Positions 40,886-52,626 are shown, counted from the first letter of the stretch. The stretch is DNA of 64,000 nucleotides from an uncultured delta proteobacterium (GCA_963752595.1 CAVVYZ010000020.1:128001-192000); one strand, 5' to 3'. A program made the numbers and translations. Notes: generated by a model not told the origin, from the sequence alone.

Positions 40886-40901
40886 GAAAGGGGTATCTTA
40901 A

Positions 40902-41552
40902 GTGGGACAGAAGATTCATCCGTATGGATTTCGGCTTGGAATAACCAAGGACTGGAAGGCCAAGTGGTACGCTGAAAAGAATTTCGGCGCTCTTCTGGTC
41001 GAAGACAGAAAGATCCGCGAATTCGTTCAGAAAAACTTAAGCCACGCCGGCATCTCGAATGTCATCATCGAGCGTGCGGCGAACAAGGTGAAGCTGGTGA
41101 TCTTCACCGGCAGGCCCGGGCTCGTTATCGGAAGGAAAGGCCAGGGCGCAGAGCAGCTGAAGAACGACCTTGCCAAGTTCGTGGATAAAGAGATCATGCT
41201 CGAGATCAAGGAAGTGCGGAGACCCGAAACCGATGCCCAGATCATAGCTGATGGAATTGCAAGCCAGCTCGAGCGCCGCGTTGCCTACAGAAGGGCCATG
41301 AAACGGTCAGTCACCCAGGCAATGAGGATGGGTGCACAGGGAATAAAAGTTGCCTGCGCAGGCCGTCTCGCCGGTGCTGAAATCGCACGACGCGAATGGT
41401 ACCGTGAGGGAAGGGTTCCTCTTCATACGCTCAGGAGCGATGTGGATTATGGATTTTCCCAGGCATACACGGTCTACGGCGTCATCGGTGTAAAAGTCTG
41501 GGTGTTCCATGGCGAGATCGTAGCGAGAAAGCAGGAAGAGGCGACATCGTAA
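40902..41552 (+). CDS. rpsC: 30S ribosomal protein S3
   Basis: [13 protein letters not shown] and GRVPLHTLR motifs. Confidence 0.97.
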   Translation: MGQKIHPYGFRLGITKDWKAKWYAEKNFGALLVEDRKIREFVQKNLSHAGISNVIIERAANKVKLVIFTGRPGLVIGRKGQGAEQLKNDLAKFVDKEIMLEIKEVRRPETDAQIIADGIASQLERRVAYRRAMKRSVTQAMRMGAQGIKVACAGRLAGAEIARREWYREGRVPLHTLRSDVDYGFSQAYTVYGVIGVKVWVFHGEIVARKQEEATS

Positions 41553-41567
41553 GGGAGATAATGAGCC

Positions 41568-41990
41568 ATGTTGCAGCCAAATAAAGTAAAACACAGGAAA
41601 CAGATGCGGGGACGCATGAAAGGGAGCCCGGAAAAGGGATCGAAGGTTTCGTTCGGAACCTTCGGCCTCCAGTGCCTGGAGCCCAAGTGGATAACCTCGC
41701 GGCAGATAGAGGCAGCGCGTATCGCCATCACCAGGCACATAAAGCGCGGCGGAAAGGTCTGGATCAGGGTTTTCCCCGACAAGCCGATCACCAAGAAGGC
41801 AGCTGAAACCAGAATGGGAAAAGGCAAAGGAGCACCTGAAGAGTGGGTAGCCGTAGTCAAGCCCGGCAGAATCATGTTCGAGCTCGACGGGGTAACCCAG
41901 GAGCTCGCCCAGGAAGCCTTCCGGCTTGCAGCGCACAAGCTGCCGGTTAAGACAAGCTTCGTAGTTCGGGAGGGTCTCCATGAAGGTTAA
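41568..41990 (+). CDS. rplP: 50S ribosomal protein L16
   Basis: RQIEAAR and RMGKGKG motifs. Confidence 0.97.
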   Translation: MLQPNKVKHRKQMRGRMKGSPEKGSKVSFGTFGLQCLEPKWITSRQIEAARIAITRHIKRGGKVWIRVFPDKPITKKAAETRMGKGKGAPEEWVAVVKPGRIMFELDGVTQELAQEAFRLAAHKLPVKTSFVVREGLHEG

Positions 41991-42168
41991 GGAAGTTCGC
42001 GATAAGAGTGCCGGTGAGCTGGGTGAATTGAAGATAAAACTTACCCGTGATCTCATGAATGCACGGTTCAAGAATGCCATGGGACAGTTTGAGAACCAGA
42101 GCTTGATCAAGAAGATGCGCCGGGACGTTGCAAGGATCAATACCATCCTCCGGGAGAAGGTGTCATGA
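41980..42168 (+). CDS. rpmC: 50S ribosomal protein L29
   Basis: RRDVARINT; operon position. Confidence 0.93.
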   Translation: MKVKEVRDKSAGELGELKIKLTRDLMNARFKNAMGQFENQSLIKKMRRDVARINTILREKVS

Positions 42169-42422
42169 CGGAAAAGGCAAAAAGAAACGAGTTAACGGGG
42201 ATGATCACCAGCGACAAGATGGATAAGACGGTAGTCGTGACGGTTGAAAGGCTGGAGAAGCATCCTGTTTTCCAGAAGTATGTGCGCAGAAGGTCCAGGT
42301 TCAAGGCCCATGATGAGAAGAACGAGTGTAAAGTGGGCGACAAGGTGCTGATACGGGAGTGCAGGCCCTTAAGCAAGGATAAGTGCTGGAGAGTCGTGAG
42401 CATCCTGGAGAGACAGGAATAG
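42165..42422 (+). CDS. rpsQ: 30S ribosomal protein S17
   Basis: SDKMDKT, AHDE and RPLSK motifs. Confidence 0.96.
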   Translation: MTEKAKRNELTGMITSDKMDKTVVVTVERLEKHPVFQKYVRRRSRFKAHDEKNECKVGDKVLIRECRPLSKDKCWRVVSILERQE

Positions 42423-42445
42423 GCTGATATGAGTGGAGGCGAGCA

Positions 42446-42814
42446 ATGATTCAGCAACAGACTAGGCTCAGGGTTGCGGATAACTCCGGAGCGAAAGAGC
42501 TCATGTGTATCAAGGTGCTGGGCGGTTCCAAGCGACGGTATGCTTCTCTGGGAGATATCATCGTCTGCAGCGTGAAGGAAGCCATACCCCGGTCAAAGGT
42601 GAAGAAAGGCGATGTCGTCAAGGCCGTTGTGGTCAGGACTAAAAGAACTCATAAGCGCGGCGACGGATCGTCCATACGGTTTGATGAGAACTCGGCGGTC
42701 ATTCTGAACAACCAGAATGAGCCTGTCGGTACCCGTATATTCGGCCCGGTTGCACGGGAACTCAGGGCAAAGAATTTCATGAAAATAGCATCCCTTGCCC
42801 CGGAAGTACTCTAG
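42446..42814 (+). CDS. rplN: 50S ribosomal protein L14
   Basis: VADNSGA and GTRIFGPV motifs. Confidence 0.97.
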   Translation: MIQQQTRLRVADNSGAKELMCIKVLGGSKRRYASLGDIIVCSVKEAIPRSKVKKGDVVKAVVVRTKRTHKRGDGSSIRFDENSAVILNNQNEPVGTRIFGPVARELRAKNFMKIASLAPEVL

Positions 42815-42824
42815 AGGTGTGAAC

Positions 42825-43154
42825 ATGGAAAAGCGTGCAATGGATAGGATCAGGAAAGGCGATACCGTTGAGGTGCTGGCCGGGAAAAACCGCGGAAAGC
42901 AGGGTCAGGTATTGCGGGTATTGAACAAGAAGGGAAGGGTGCTCGTAGAGCGGGTCAACATGATCAAGAGGCACCAGAAGCCGACACAGACGTCCCAGGG
43001 AGGGATCGTAGAGAAAGAGGCAAGCATCAATGCCTCCAATCTTGCCCCGGTATGCGGGAAGTGCAAAAAGGGCGTAAGGATCGGCACCAAGATCCATGAT
43101 GACGGCACCAAGGTGAGAGTCTGCAAGAAATGCGGAGAAGAGCTGGATAAATGA
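42825..43154 (+). CDS. rplX: 50S ribosomal protein L24
   Basis: KOW motif [13 protein letters not shown]. Confidence 0.95.
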   Translation: MEKRAMDRIRKGDTVEVLAGKNRGKQGQVLRVLNKKGRVLVERVNMIKRHQKPTQTSQGGIVEKEASINASNLAPVCGKCKKGVRIGTKIHDDGTKVRVCKKCGEELDK

Positions 43155-43161
43155 GGTATTG

Positions 43162-43704
43162 ATGATGGCAAGGCTGAAGGAATATTATCAGAAAGAAGTT
43201 GTACCCGGTCTTATTAAAGAGTTCGGATACAAGAACGTCCATGAGATCCCCAAGATCACGAAGATCATTGTCAACATGGGGCTGGGTGAAGCGGTTCAGG
43301 ATGTGAAGATCATCGATAAGGCAGCTGCCGAGCTTACCCTTATCTCCGGACAGAAGCCGGTCGTCACCAAGGCCAGAAAGTCTATCGCATCGTTCAAACT
43401 CAGAGAGGGCATGCCCATCGGGTGCACGGTTACCATGCGCGGCGCCCGGATGTATGAGTTCCTGGACAGGTTGATCAACGCAGTTCTTCCCCGCGTAAGA
43501 GACTTCCGCGGCATATCTCCGAAAGGGTTTGACGGACGCGGAAATTACACGCTCGGCTTGAATGACCAGTCTGTTTTCCCTGAGATAGAATATGATGCCA
43601 TTGACAAGTTGAGGGGAATGAATATAACGGTGGTCACCACGGCAGGCTCGGACGACGAAGGAAGAAGTCTTCTGAGTGCGTTTGGTATGCCTTTCAGGAA
43701 ATAA
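43162..43704 (+). CDS. rplE: 50S ribosomal protein L5
   Basis: [10 protein letters not shown] and FDGRGNY motifs. Confidence 0.97.
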   Translation: MMARLKEYYQKEVVPGLIKEFGYKNVHEIPKITKIIVNMGLGEAVQDVKIIDKAAAELTLISGQKPVVTKARKSIASFKLREGMPIGCTVTMRGARMYEFLDRLINAVLPRVRDFRGISPKGFDGRGNYTLGLNDQSVFPEIEYDAIDKLRGMNITVVTTAGSDDEGRSLLSAFGMPFRK

Positions 43705-43717
43705 TGCGGGAGATGCT

Positions 43718-43903
43718 ATGGCAAAAAAATCCATGATAATAAAGCAGCAGAGACCGAAGAGATTCAAGGTCAGAGATTATAATCGTTGTTCGCTGTGCGG
43801 CCGTCCACACGCATATTACCGGAAGTTCGGTATCTGCAGGATATGCTTGAGAAACTATGCGATGAAGGGCGAAATACCTGGCCTGAAAAAATCAAGTTGG
43901 TAA
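43718..43903 (+). CDS. rpsN: 30S ribosomal protein S14 (type Z, zinc-binding)
   Basis: CSLCGR...CRIC, ending KSSW. Confidence 0.95.
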   Translation: MAKKSMIIKQQRPKRFKVRDYNRCSLCGRPHAYYRKFGICRICLRNYAMKGEIPGLKKSSW

Positions 43904-43917
43904 AGGGAGTACTAAGG

Positions 43918-44310
43918 ATGCATACTGATCCGATATCAGATATGATCACGAGGATAAGGAACGGCGCTCAGGCGTTCAAAGAGAGTGTCGATATCCCGGC
44001 GTCCAAGATGAAGATGAATATCGCTGAAATCCTTCTGAAGGAAGGATATATCAAGGGATATAAGGTCATCGAGGACGGCAAGCAGGGATTGATCAGAGTT
44101 AACCTGAAATACTTGAATTCACGCCACGTGATTACCGGTATTCAGCGGGTATCAAAGCCTGGTCGCAGGATGTATAGAAAGGCTGATGAGATCCAGCAGG
44201 TAAGAAAAGGACTCGGTATTTCCATCGTGAGTACCAGTAGGGGAATCATGACCGACCTCAAGGCGAAGGCCAACAACGTGGGCGGTGAGGAATTAATCAG
44301 GGTCTGGTGA
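43918..44310 (+). CDS. rpsH: 30S ribosomal protein S8
   Basis: [12 protein letters not shown] and SKPGRR motifs. Confidence 0.96.
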   Translation: MHTDPISDMITRIRNGAQAFKESVDIPASKMKMNIAEILLKEGYIKGYKVIEDGKQGLIRVNLKYLNSRHVITGIQRVSKPGRRMYRKADEIQQVRKGLGISIVSTSRGIMTDLKAKANNVGGEELIRVW

Positions 44311-44323
44311 GGAGTGTAAGGCG

Positions 44324-44866
44324 ATGTCTAGAATAGGAAAAATGCCCGTACAGCTGCCCAAGGGCGTCACTGTTACCATAGCCGAGGACGGCATCCAGGT
44401 GAAGGGCCCTAAAGGGGAGCTCTCGAGAAAGCTTGTGACCAATATCGAGATCAGGAAGGAAGACAGCACCCTGCAGTTTGTTCCCAAGGATGATTCGAAT
44501 CAGACAAAGGCCTACCACGGTCTGGTTCGTACCTTGGTCAATAATATGGTCGTCGGTGTAACCGATGGTTTCACCAGAAAGCTCAAGATCGTAGGCGTCG
44601 GCTACAGGGGCGAAATGAAAGGCAATACTCTGGTACTCAACGTAGGCTATTCGAAGCCCAAGGAATATAACCTGCCCAAAGGGGTCGGCGGCACTGTTTC
44701 CAAAGACGGTATCATCGAGCTTACCGGCATCGACAAGGAACAGCTGGGCGATATCTGCGCTCAGATCCGCAGGATCAGAAAGCCTGATTCCTATAAAGGC
44801 AAGGGTATCCGTTACATCGATGAAGTAGTACGGATCAAGCCGGGTAAGAGCGTCTCGAAGGGTTAG
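44324..44866 (+). CDS. rplF: 50S ribosomal protein L6
   Basis: MSRIGK and YKGKGIRY motifs. Confidence 0.97.
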   Translation: MSRIGKMPVQLPKGVTVTIAEDGIQVKGPKGELSRKLVTNIEIRKEDSTLQFVPKDDSNQTKAYHGLVRTLVNNMVVGVTDGFTRKLKIVGVGYRGEMKGNTLVLNVGYSKPKEYNLPKGVGGTVSKDGIIELTGIDKEQLGDICAQIRRIRKPDSYKGKGIRYIDEVVRIKPGKSVSKG

Positions 44867-44900
44867 GATACCATCGGATAAATAATTAAGGAGATGTACT

Positions 44901-45263
44901 GTGGGTAGGAAAAGCGCCAAAGAAGCTCGGCAATACAGGAAAGACCGGATTCGCAAAAAGGTTCAGGGCACGCCCGAGAGGCTCCGGTTGAGTGTTTATA
45001 GAGGCAACTGCAATATATACAGCCAGATTATCGATGATACGAAGGGCTTGACCCTGGTTTCCGCATCGTCTCAGAGCCCTGAAGTGAAAGGGAAAACCAA
45101 GGGTTTTACCATCGAGACTGCAAAGAAGGTAGGCGAGCTTCTGGCACAGAAGGCAAAAGAGGCCGGTATAGAGAATGTGGTTTTTGATCGCGGCGGATAC
45201 AGGTATCACGGCAAGATCAAAGCCCTTTCCGAGGGCGCCAGGTCCGGCGGACTCAAGTTTTAA
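44901..45263 (+). CDS. rplR: 50S ribosomal protein L18
   Basis: [12 protein letters not shown]. Confidence 0.96.
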   Translation: MGRKSAKEARQYRKDRIRKKVQGTPERLRLSVYRGNCNIYSQIIDDTKGLTLVSASSQSPEVKGKTKGFTIETAKKVGELLAQKAKEAGIENVVFDRGGYRYHGKIKALSEGARSGGLKF

Positions 45264-45278
45264 ATAAGGAGACGAACG

Positions 45279-45788
45279 TTGGCAAGGTTTGACAGAGATA
45301 ACTTTGAAGATACTGAGCAGTTAATCGATAAGGTGGTGTATATCAACCGTGTCGCCAAGGTTGTGAAGGGCGGCAAACGGTTCCGTTTCAGTGCACTCGT
45401 AGTCGTGGGTGACGGCAACGGCCGCGTCGGCCACGGTATCGGTAAGGCAAAGGAAGTAGCCATCAGCATCAGGAAGGGCTACGAAGTGGCGAAGAAGTCC
45501 ATGGTGCCGATTTCGATTATCGAAGGCACGGTGCCCCATGCGATCGTAGGCGCCTTCGGCTCATCGAGGGTTGTCCTCAAGCCTGCTGCCCCGGGAACCG
45601 GCATCATTGCCGGAAACGCGGTGCGTGCAGTCCTCGAAGCTGCCGGATTGCGGAACGTTGTTGCCAAGACGCTCGGATCCAGAAATCATAACAATGTTAT
45701 CCGTGCTACGTTCGATGCCCTGATCAATATGGAAACTAAAGAGCACGTTGAGATGAAGAGAGGCCTTTCTCTCGATCAGGCGAGCTAA
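45279..45788 (+). CDS. rpsE: 30S ribosomal protein S5
   Basis: [12 protein letters not shown] and GTGIIAG motifs. Confidence 0.97.
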   Translation: MARFDRDNFEDTEQLIDKVVYINRVAKVVKGGKRFRFSALVVVGDGNGRVGHGIGKAKEVAISIRKGYEVAKKSMVPISIIEGTVPHAIVGAFGSSRVVLKPAAPGTGIIAGNAVRAVLEAAGLRNVVAKTLGSRNHNNVIRATFDALINMETKEHVEMKRGLSLDQAS

Positions 45789-45815
45789 ACAATAGAGAGA
45801 AGCGAGGGAAGTACG

Positions 45816-45998
45816 TTGGCTGACAAAATAAAGGTAACGCTCAATAAGTCTGTGATCGGCAGCACCAAGGGTCAGAAGGCCATTGTGAAGGCTCTAGGGA
45901 TTTCACGGCGCGGAAGATCCAGGGTCCTGCCCAATAGTGATGCGACAAGGGGTGCGATTAAGAAGATTTCCCACCTGCTCACATGGGAGGAGATGTAG
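45816..45998 (+). CDS. rpmD: 50S ribosomal protein L30
   Basis: KVTLNKSVIG...KISHLL; operon position. Confidence 0.9.
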   Translation: MADKIKVTLNKSVIGSTKGQKAIVKALGISRRGRSRVLPNSDATRGAIKKISHLLTWEEM

Positions 45999-46000
45999 CT

Positions 46001-46444
46001 ATGTTTGATCTGTCGAACTTGACACCGGCCCCCGGCTCAAGAAAGAAAATCAAGCGCTTAGGCCGTGGAAATGCATCCGGTCAGGGCGGTACGGCCGGAC
46101 GCGGACACAAGGGCCAGAAGGCCAGGTCCGGCGGCGGGGTCCCCTCATGGTTTGAAGGCGGTCAGATGCCTATTTACCGCAGGCTTCCCAAGAGAGGGTT
46201 CAAGAACCCCTTCCGGAAGGAATATGCGGTCATCAATCTCAAAGACCTGGCTGATTTCGAACAGGGCAACGTGGTAGACCTCGCCTCATTGAAGTTAAAA
46301 GGCAAGGTTCGGGCTTCCGACACGGCCGTGAAGCTCCTGGCTCAGGGCGACATTACTGTCGCGCTGAATGTAAAGCTTGACAAGGCATCCCAGTCCGCAG
46401 TGGAAAAGATCCAAAAGGCCGGCGGCACTTTTGAAGCGATATAA
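46001..46444 (+). CDS. rplO: 50S ribosomal protein L15
   Basis: GRGHKGQ and FEGGQMP motifs. Confidence 0.96.
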   Translation: MFDLSNLTPAPGSRKKIKRLGRGNASGQGGTAGRGHKGQKARSGGGVPSWFEGGQMPIYRRLPKRGFKNPFRKEYAVINLKDLADFEQGNVVDLASLKLKGKVRASDTAVKLLAQGDITVALNVKLDKASQSAVEKIQKAGGTFEAI

Positions 46445-46454
46445 GGGGTGATAC

Positions 46455-47765
46455 GTGGCGTACGGTATTGAAAATGTGACAAAGGTTCCCGAGCTTCAGA
46501 AGCGCATCATATTCACGCTTCTGATGCTTCTCGTGTACAGGATTGGCATCCATATCCCCACACCGGGAATCGATTCCGCCATCATGGCTGAATGGTTCGA
46601 TCAGCAGAAAGGGACGCTGCTCGGCATGTTCGACATGTTTACCGGGGGAGGCTTACGGTCTTTATCCATTTTCGCTCTCGGCATAATGCCGTACATCAGT
46701 GCATCCATTATCGTTCAGCTGCTCGGGATGATCCATCCGACCTTCGAACAGCTCCAGAAAGAAGGTGCAGCAGGAAAGCACAAGCTTACCCAGTATACGC
46801 GGTACGGCACCGTTGTACTCTGTCTGATTCAGAGTTATTTCATGGCGTTCGGCGTTGAGCAGATGAGCGGCCCGGCCGGTGAACCCGTTGTTATGAATGC
46901 CGGATTATCCTTCAGGCTCATTGCCATGATAACCATGACGACCGGTACCTGTTTCCTCATGTGGCTGGGGGAGCAGATCACCGAGCGAGGGATCGGCAAC
47001 GGGATATCGCTGATCATCTTTGCCGGTATCGTTGCGAATCTGCCGGTTGCGCTATATAACAGTGTTCGTCTTACCAGGACGGGCGAGCTCCCTCTCTTCG
47101 CGCTGCTTTTCCTGCTGGTATTCATGCTCGCAGTCATTGCCGGCATCGTGTACATGGAGACGGCGCAGCGCAGGATCCCGATCCAGTACCCCAAGCAGAT
47201 CAAAGGCAGGCGCGTCTACGGCGGCCAGACCACCCATCTTCCCTTGAAGATCAATATCTCAGGGGTTATTCCGCCGATCTTTGCATCGTCGATCATCGTA
47301 TTTCCGGCAACCATTGCGCAGTTCTTCCCGAATGTAGCTGCCATGAAGTTTGTCGCGGGCGCGATGAACCCGGGCGGTTGGCTGTATAACCTTATTTATA
47401 TTGTCGGCATCGTTTTCTTTACCTACTTCTACACTGCGGTTGTGTTCAACCCGGTCGACGTGGCGGAAAACCTGAAGAAACACGGCGGCTATGTGCCCGG
47501 TATCCGCCCGGGAAAGACAACTTCCGAATACCTCGATAAGGTTCTCTCTCGCCTTACCTTTGTAGGCGCAATCTACCTGAGTGTGGTGTGTGTGCTTCCC
47601 ATGATCCTCATGGCCGAGGCGAATGTTCCGTTCTACTTCGGCGGAACCTCGCTCCTGATCGTTATCGGCGTTTCACTGGATACGATGTCACAGATAGAAT
47701 CCCATCTTATTTCTCGGCAGTATGACGGCTTGTTGAAGACCGGCCGCATCAAGTCGAGGCGATAG
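46455..47765 (+). CDS. secY: Preprotein translocase SecY
   Basis: GIMPYISASI, GIGNGISL and PGIRPG motifs. Confidence 0.98.
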   Translation: MAYGIENVTKVPELQKRIIFTLLMLLVYRIGIHIPTPGIDSAIMAEWFDQQKGTLLGMFDMFTGGGLRSLSIFALGIMPYISASIIVQLLGMIHPTFEQLQKEGAAGKHKLTQYTRYGTVVLCLIQSYFMAFGVEQMSGPAGEPVVMNAGLSFRLIAMITMTTGTCFLMWLGEQITERGIGNGISLIIFAGIVANLPVALYNSVRLTRTGELPLFALLFLLVFMLAVIAGIVYMETAQRRIPIQYPKQIKGRRVYGGQTTHLPLKINISGVIPPIFASSIIVFPATIAQFFPNVAAMKFVAGAMNPGGWLYNLIYIVGIVFFTYFYTAVVFNPVDVAENLKKHGGYVPGIRPGKTTSEYLDKVLSRLTFVGAIYLSVVCVLPMILMAEANVPFYFGGTSLLIVIGVSLDTMSQIESHLISRQYDGLLKTGRIKSRR

Positions 47766-47799
47766 CTAAACAACAATATACGAGGGGGAATTAAATTAT

Positions 47800-48444
47800 A
47801 TGAATATTATTCTCATAGGACCACCCGGTGCAGGAAAAGGTACACAGGCAAAGAGAATGATCGATCGTTTGGGCGTTCCCCAGATCTCGACGGGAGACAT
47901 GTTCAGGGCCGCCGTGAAGGAAGGCACTCCCATGGGGAAAAAGGCCAAGGAATATATGGATAAGGGTGCGCTGGTTCCCGACGAAGTCGTGATCGGCGTC
48001 GTAAAGGAGAGGTTTCAGAAGCCCGATGCGAAAAAAGGTTTCGTTCTGGACGGTTTCCCCAGGACACTCGAGCAGGCAAAGGCCCTCGATGGCCTGCTGA
48101 AAGACATGGGCTCCAAGCTCGACCATGTGGTCGTGATCGATGTGCCTGACGATTTCCTCGTCGAGAGGCTCACCGGCAGGCGCACATGCAAGGGCTGCGG
48201 CTACATGCACCACGTGAAGTTCGATGCGCCGAAGAAGGAAGGGATCTGTGACAAGTGCAGCGGCGAGCTCTACCTCAGAGACGACGACAAAGAGACAACC
48301 ATCAGGGATAGGCTTACCGCATACCATAGCCAGACCTCCCCGCTCATTGAGTACTACGGCAAGGCGAGCATCGTGAGGAAGGTCGACGGAACAAAGAGTA
48401 TGCAAGACGTGCAGAAATCAATTACCAGCTCGATCGGAGCTTAA
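47800..48444 (+). CDS. adk: Adenylate kinase (zinc-lid type)
   Basis: [15 protein letters not shown] and CxxC...CxxC lid. Confidence 0.97.
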   Translation: MNIILIGPPGAGKGTQAKRMIDRLGVPQISTGDMFRAAVKEGTPMGKKAKEYMDKGALVPDEVVIGVVKERFQKPDAKKGFVLDGFPRTLEQAKALDGLLKDMGSKLDHVVVIDVPDDFLVERLTGRRTCKGCGYMHHVKFDAPKKEGICDKCSGELYLRDDDKETTIRDRLTAYHSQTSPLIEYYGKASIVRKVDGTKSMQDVQKSITSSIGA

Positions 48445-48451
48445 GGAAGAT

Positions 48452-48667
48452 ATGGCGAAGGATGTTATCGAGACAGAAGGGATTGTCGTAGAACCCCTTC
48501 CCAATGCCATGTTCAAAGTAAAGCTCGAGAACGGGCATGAGATCCTTGCCCATATCTCCGGTAAGATGAGAATGCATTATATACGGATTCTGCCAGGCGA
48601 CAAGGTTCAGGTGGAGATATCACCCTATGATTTGACCAAGGGTAGGATAGTTTACAGATCAAAATAA
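48452..48667 (+). CDS. infA: Translation initiation factor IF-1
   Basis: LPNAMF and [10 protein letters not shown] motifs. Confidence 0.97.
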   Translation: MAKDVIETEGIVVEPLPNAMFKVKLENGHEILAHISGKMRMHYIRILPGDKVQVEISPYDLTKGRIVYRSK

Positions 48668-48681
48668 CTTGAGGGTTAGAC

Positions 48682-48795
48682 ATGAAAGTAAATGCATCAG
48701 TTAAAAAACGTTGCCGGGACTGCAAGGTCATCAAGAGGCACGGTCATATCCGTGTCATCTGCAAGAATCCGCGACATAATCAGAAGCAAGGGTAA
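48682..48795 (+). CDS. rpmJ: 50S ribosomal protein L36
   Basis: Read by hand: [37 protein letters not shown]. Confidence 0.95.
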   Translation: MKVNASVKKRCRDCKVIKRHGHIRVICKNPRHNQKQG

Positions 48796-48806
48796 GGAGG
48801 CAAAGC

Positions 48807-49175
48807 GTGGCGAGGATCGCAGGAGTAGATTTACCGAGGAATAAGCGCATTGATATCGCTCTGACCTACATTTTCGGGATCGGTCGGACTCGGGCAAGCG
48901 AGATCGTATCATCACTGGATATCGACGCTGCCAAGAGAAGCGATGACTTGAGCGAGCAGGAAATTGCCGCTATCAGGGATTACATCGACAAGAATATTAC
49001 CGTCGAAGGCGACCTGAGGCGCGAAGTGACCATGAACATAAGAAGGCTCATGGACGTTGCGAGCTACCGGGGCTTACGGCACCGGAAAGGCTTACCGAGC
49101 CGCGGCCAGCATACCCATAACAACGCAAGAACGCGTAAAGGTCCCCGTAGGTTAGTAGTGGGCAAGAAGAAATAA
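48807..49175 (+). CDS. rpsM: 30S ribosomal protein S13
   Basis: ARIAGVD and YRGLRH motifs. Confidence 0.97.
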   Translation: MARIAGVDLPRNKRIDIALTYIFGIGRTRASEIVSSLDIDAAKRSDDLSEQEIAAIRDYIDKNITVEGDLRREVTMNIRRLMDVASYRGLRHRKGLPSRGQHTHNNARTRKGPRRLVVGKKK

Positions 49176-49193
49176 CACGAGGAGAAGCTTCAC

Positions 49194-49586
49194 ATGGGAA
49201 AAGCGAGAGTTAAAACCGGCAAGAAAAAGCAGAGGAGAGACATCAACGAAGGTGTTGTTCATATCCAGGCTACATTCAACAATACCATCATAACCATCAC
49301 GGACACGCAGGGGAACACCCTCTCTTGGTCGACAGCCGGTGCACAGGGTTTCAAAGGTTCCAGGAAGTCAACTCCTTTTGCAGCGCAGATGGCAGCTTCG
49401 GAGGCTTGCAAGAAAGCCCAGGAGCAGGGCCTGAAGAGCGCATTTGCCTATATCAAGGGACCGGGAAGCGGTCGTGAATCAGCACTGAGGGCTGTCAATG
49501 CCAGCGGAATACGTATCACCGGCATCAAGGATGTTACCCCGATTCCGCATAACGGCTGCAGGCCACCAAAGAAACGTAGGGTATAA
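49194..49586 (+). CDS. rpsK: 30S ribosomal protein S11
   Basis: RKSTPFAA and PHNGCRP motifs. Confidence 0.97.
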   Translation: MGKARVKTGKKKQRRDINEGVVHIQATFNNTIITITDTQGNTLSWSTAGAQGFKGSRKSTPFAAQMAASEACKKAQEQGLKSAFAYIKGPGSGRESALRAVNASGIRITGIKDVTPIPHNGCRPPKKRRV

Positions 49587-49598
49587 GGAGGAATAGTC

Positions 49599-50225
49599 TT
49601 GGCGAGATATACAGGCCCTGTTTGTAAAATTTGTCGTAGAGAAGGAGTCAAACTCTTTCTGAAAGGACAGCGTTGCTATACCGATAAGTGCGCCGTTGTT
49701 ACGCGTGAGTATCCTCCGGGTCAGCATGGCCAGGGGAGGGTGCGCGCCAGTGAATACCGCACTCATTTGCGGGAGAAGCAGAAAGTTCGAAGGACGTATG
49801 GAGTTTCAGAGTCACAGTTCCGGAAGTACTATGATATGGCAAAGACCCAGCGTGGTGCAACGGGCGAGAACCTCCTGGTCCTCCTTGAAAGAAGACTCGA
49901 CAATATAGTTTATCGCAGCGGGTTTGCTGCATCCCGAGCCGAAGCACGCCAGCTCGTGGACCACGGGCACATCGTAGTGAACGGAAGAAAGTCCGATGTC
50001 CCGTCGTTCCTTGTGAAGGCCGGCGATGAGATCAAAGTGAAAGACAAGAGCAAGACTCTCGACTCGATCACCCAGTCTCTTGAGTTGAGGGAGCAGCGCG
50101 GCCTTGTGAACTGGCTGGAAGTGAACAAGGATGCGAAGTCCGTTACCGTGATGACACTGCCTGAGAGGAAAGATATGCCGATGGCAGTTGAGGAAACACT
50201 GATCGTTGAGTTCTATTCAAAATAA
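49599..50225 (+). CDS. rpsD: 30S ribosomal protein S4
   Basis: PGQHG and LERRLDN motifs. Confidence 0.97.
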   Translation: MARYTGPVCKICRREGVKLFLKGQRCYTDKCAVVTREYPPGQHGQGRVRASEYRTHLREKQKVRRTYGVSESQFRKYYDMAKTQRGATGENLLVLLERRLDNIVYRSGFAASRAEARQLVDHGHIVVNGRKSDVPSFLVKAGDEIKVKDKSKTLDSITQSLELREQRGLVNWLEVNKDAKSVTVMTLPERKDMPMAVEETLIVEFYSK

Positions 50226-50245
50226 ACTAAAAGCAAGGGAATAGA

Positions 50246-51283
50246 ATGATTGAGAAGAACTGGAAAGAAATCATAAAACCCGGCAAGCTGGAGATAGTAG
50301 AGGGTACGTTTACCAACTCGTATGCGCGTTTCAATGCGCAGCCTCTCGAGCGTGGATTCGGTGTCACCATCGGCAACTCGCTCAGAAGGATACTCCTCTC
50401 ATCCCTCTATGGATCTGCCATCATCGGGGTAAAATTTGACGAGTCTCTGGGTGTTCTCCACGAGTTCTCGAGCATCTCCGGCATTTACGAGGATGTAACC
50501 GATATCATTCTCAATCTCAAAAAGGTTGTCCTCAAGATGCACACCGATAAGCCCCAGATCGTATCCCTCGATAAGACAGGGCCGTGCGAGGTGACTGCAG
50601 GAGATATCGCAATGGGCGGGAACATCGACGTGATCAACCCGGATCAGCATATCGCAACTATAGAAAACGGCATGACGCTGAAGATGGAGATGAGAGTCGA
50701 CTGGGGCAGGGGATATGTACCTGCCGAGATCAACAAGGAAAAGATCGATACCCAAGGATGGATAGCGATCGACGCTATCTTTTCCCCGGTACGGAGGGTA
50801 TCCTTCAACGTGACTCCTACCATCGTGGGAAGAAGAACCGACTATGACAGGCTCTCTCTGGAGGTCTGGACAAACGGTGTGGTCGCTCCTGACGATGCAC
50901 TGGCGTTTGCTGCGAAGATCAACAAAGAGTACATGGAGACCTTCATCAACTTCCACGAGGAAGAGATCGAGCGTCAGGGCATCAGCGAGGAAGGCGAGAG
51001 AGAGCTGAACAACAACCTGTTCAGGACCGTCGAGGAGCTCGAGCTCTCCGTCAGGTCGGCCAATTGCCTCAAGAACGCCAACATGACCTACATCTATGAG
51101 CTCGTCCAGAAGAGCGAAGCAGAGCTGCTGAAGACCAAGAACTTCGGCCGCAAATCCCTGGAAGAGATCAAGGAAAAGCTCGCGAAGATGGGTCTCCACA
51201 TCGGCATGAAGATACCGAATCTGCCTTCTCCCGACGAGATCGAAGAGAGAAGAAAGAGGATGGAAGAAGAGGAAAGCAAGTAG
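50246..51283 (+). CDS. rpoA: RNA polymerase alpha subunit
   Basis: [16 protein letters not shown] and LSVRSANCL motifs. Confidence 0.98.
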   Translation: MIEKNWKEIIKPGKLEIVEGTFTNSYARFNAQPLERGFGVTIGNSLRRILLSSLYGSAIIGVKFDESLGVLHEFSSISGIYEDVTDIILNLKKVVLKMHTDKPQIVSLDKTGPCEVTAGDIAMGGNIDVINPDQHIATIENGMTLKMEMRVDWGRGYVPAEINKEKIDTQGWIAIDAIFSPVRRVSFNVTPTIVGRRTDYDRLSLEVWTNGVVAPDDALAFAAKINKEYMETFINFHEEEIERQGISEEGERELNNNLFRTVEELELSVRSANCLKNANMTYIYELVQKSEAELLKTKNFGRKSLEEIKEKLAKMGLHIGMKIPNLPSPDEIEERRKRMEEEESK

Positions 51284-51298
51284 AAGTGGGGGGCAGTA

Positions 51299-51766
51299 AT
51301 GTATCATCATATTGCAGGTAGAAAACTCGGGCGTAAAGCAGACCATAAAAATGCTTTGATGAAGAATCTGGTCACCTCTCTGATCGTTCATGAGAGGCTC
51401 GAAACGACAGTGGCCAAGGCAAAAGAGCTCAAGATGCTCGCCGACAAGATGATCACCCTGGGTAAAAAGGGAGACACGGCAGCCTTGAGGCTCGCATTGA
51501 AGAACATACAGACCAAAGAGGCCGTCGGGAAACTCTTCAAGGAACTTGCCCCTCGGTTCAACGGCCGTAACGGCGGATATACCAGGGTCTTAAAGTATAG
51601 GAACCGCAGAGGCGACGGTGCACCTACTGCAATAATCGAGTGGGTTGAGTCAGCCGCCGCTGCCCCAGTGGCTGCTGATACCGAGAAGAAAAAGACCGAG
51701 AAGAAAGCTGCCGGAAAGAAGCCCTCTGCTAAAAAGGCACCTGAAAAGAAGGCTGCAGAAGCGTAA
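51299..51766 (+). CDS. rplQ: 50S ribosomal protein L17
   Basis: RKLGR and RNGGYTR motifs; Lys/Ala-rich tail. Confidence 0.96.
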   Translation: MYHHIAGRKLGRKADHKNALMKNLVTSLIVHERLETTVAKAKELKMLADKMITLGKKGDTAALRLALKNIQTKEAVGKLFKELAPRFNGRNGGYTRVLKYRNRRGDGAPTAIIEWVESAAAAPVAADTEKKKTEKKAAGKKPSAKKAPEKKAAEA

Positions 51767-51770
51767 AAGC

Positions 51771-52583
51771 TTGATAGCGAGAGATTGCATCAGGGCCGTA
51801 ACCGTCTCACAGCTCAGCTTTTCATATCAAACGAGACATATACTGCGGGGTATCGACTTAGAGATACCCCGCGGTTCTTATTTTGGGATTGTGGGCCCCA
51901 ACGGGAGCGGCAAAACCACCCTGGCATACCTCATTTCAGGGATCCTCACTCCTTCCGGCGGATCGATCGACGTCCACGGCAACCGCGTAGGTCTTGTGCT
52001 CGCAAACCCGGCAAATCAGGTGGTGAGCCTGGTGGTGGAAGAAGACATCGCCTTCGGTCCCGAGAATCTGATGCTTCCGAGCGATGAGATCAATGCGCGG
52101 ATAGACGCAGCGCTCGGCCTTGTCCACGGTGACTACTTACGGCAGTCCCTCACCACCGCATTGTCCGGCGGGGAGCTTGCAAAGGTGGTCTTTGCCGGGC
52201 AGCTGGCCCTTGATACGGATGTGCTCGTCCTGGACGAAGGCACGATCATGCTCGACCCCGTCAATCGAAAGATCCTCATTGAAACAATCCGCGAAATGAA
52301 TAAAGACTTAGGCAAGACGATCATCCACATATCACACAGGCTCGATGATCTGGAGGCATCCGATATGGTCGCAGCACTGGACGAGGGGACCATTGCAGTC
52401 AGGGCCGACGGGGTTTTTGATCTGGTGAAGAAGATGTCTGAACATTCCATTCCGGGTATCGAACCGGGAGCTGGCATCCTCTACAGGAGTTTTCTCCTCG
52501 ACAAAGGCATTACCAACCCCGATATGGAAGAGGCCACGAAAGAGCTTGCAGCGAAGATAAAGGCCAAGCCGCAGCGACGTTAA
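51771..52583 (+). CDS. ECF-transporter ATPase (EcfA/CbiO-like)
   Basis: GPNGSGKT, VEEDIAFGPEN, LSGGE, LDEG and ISHRL motifs; TTG start directly after rplQ. Confidence 0.85.
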   Translation: MIARDCIRAVTVSQLSFSYQTRHILRGIDLEIPRGSYFGIVGPNGSGKTTLAYLISGILTPSGGSIDVHGNRVGLVLANPANQVVSLVVEEDIAFGPENLMLPSDEINARIDAALGLVHGDYLRQSLTTALSGGELAKVVFAGQLALDTDVLVLDEGTIMLDPVNRKILIETIREMNKDLGKTIIHISHRLDDLEASDMVAALDEGTIAVRADGVFDLVKKMSEHSIPGIEPGAGILYRSFLLDKGITNPDMEEATKELAAKIKAKPQRR

Positions 52584-52626
52584 AACCGGCAACCAGCCAG
52601 TCACTCCAGGTGCTTTCGAGTCGCAG

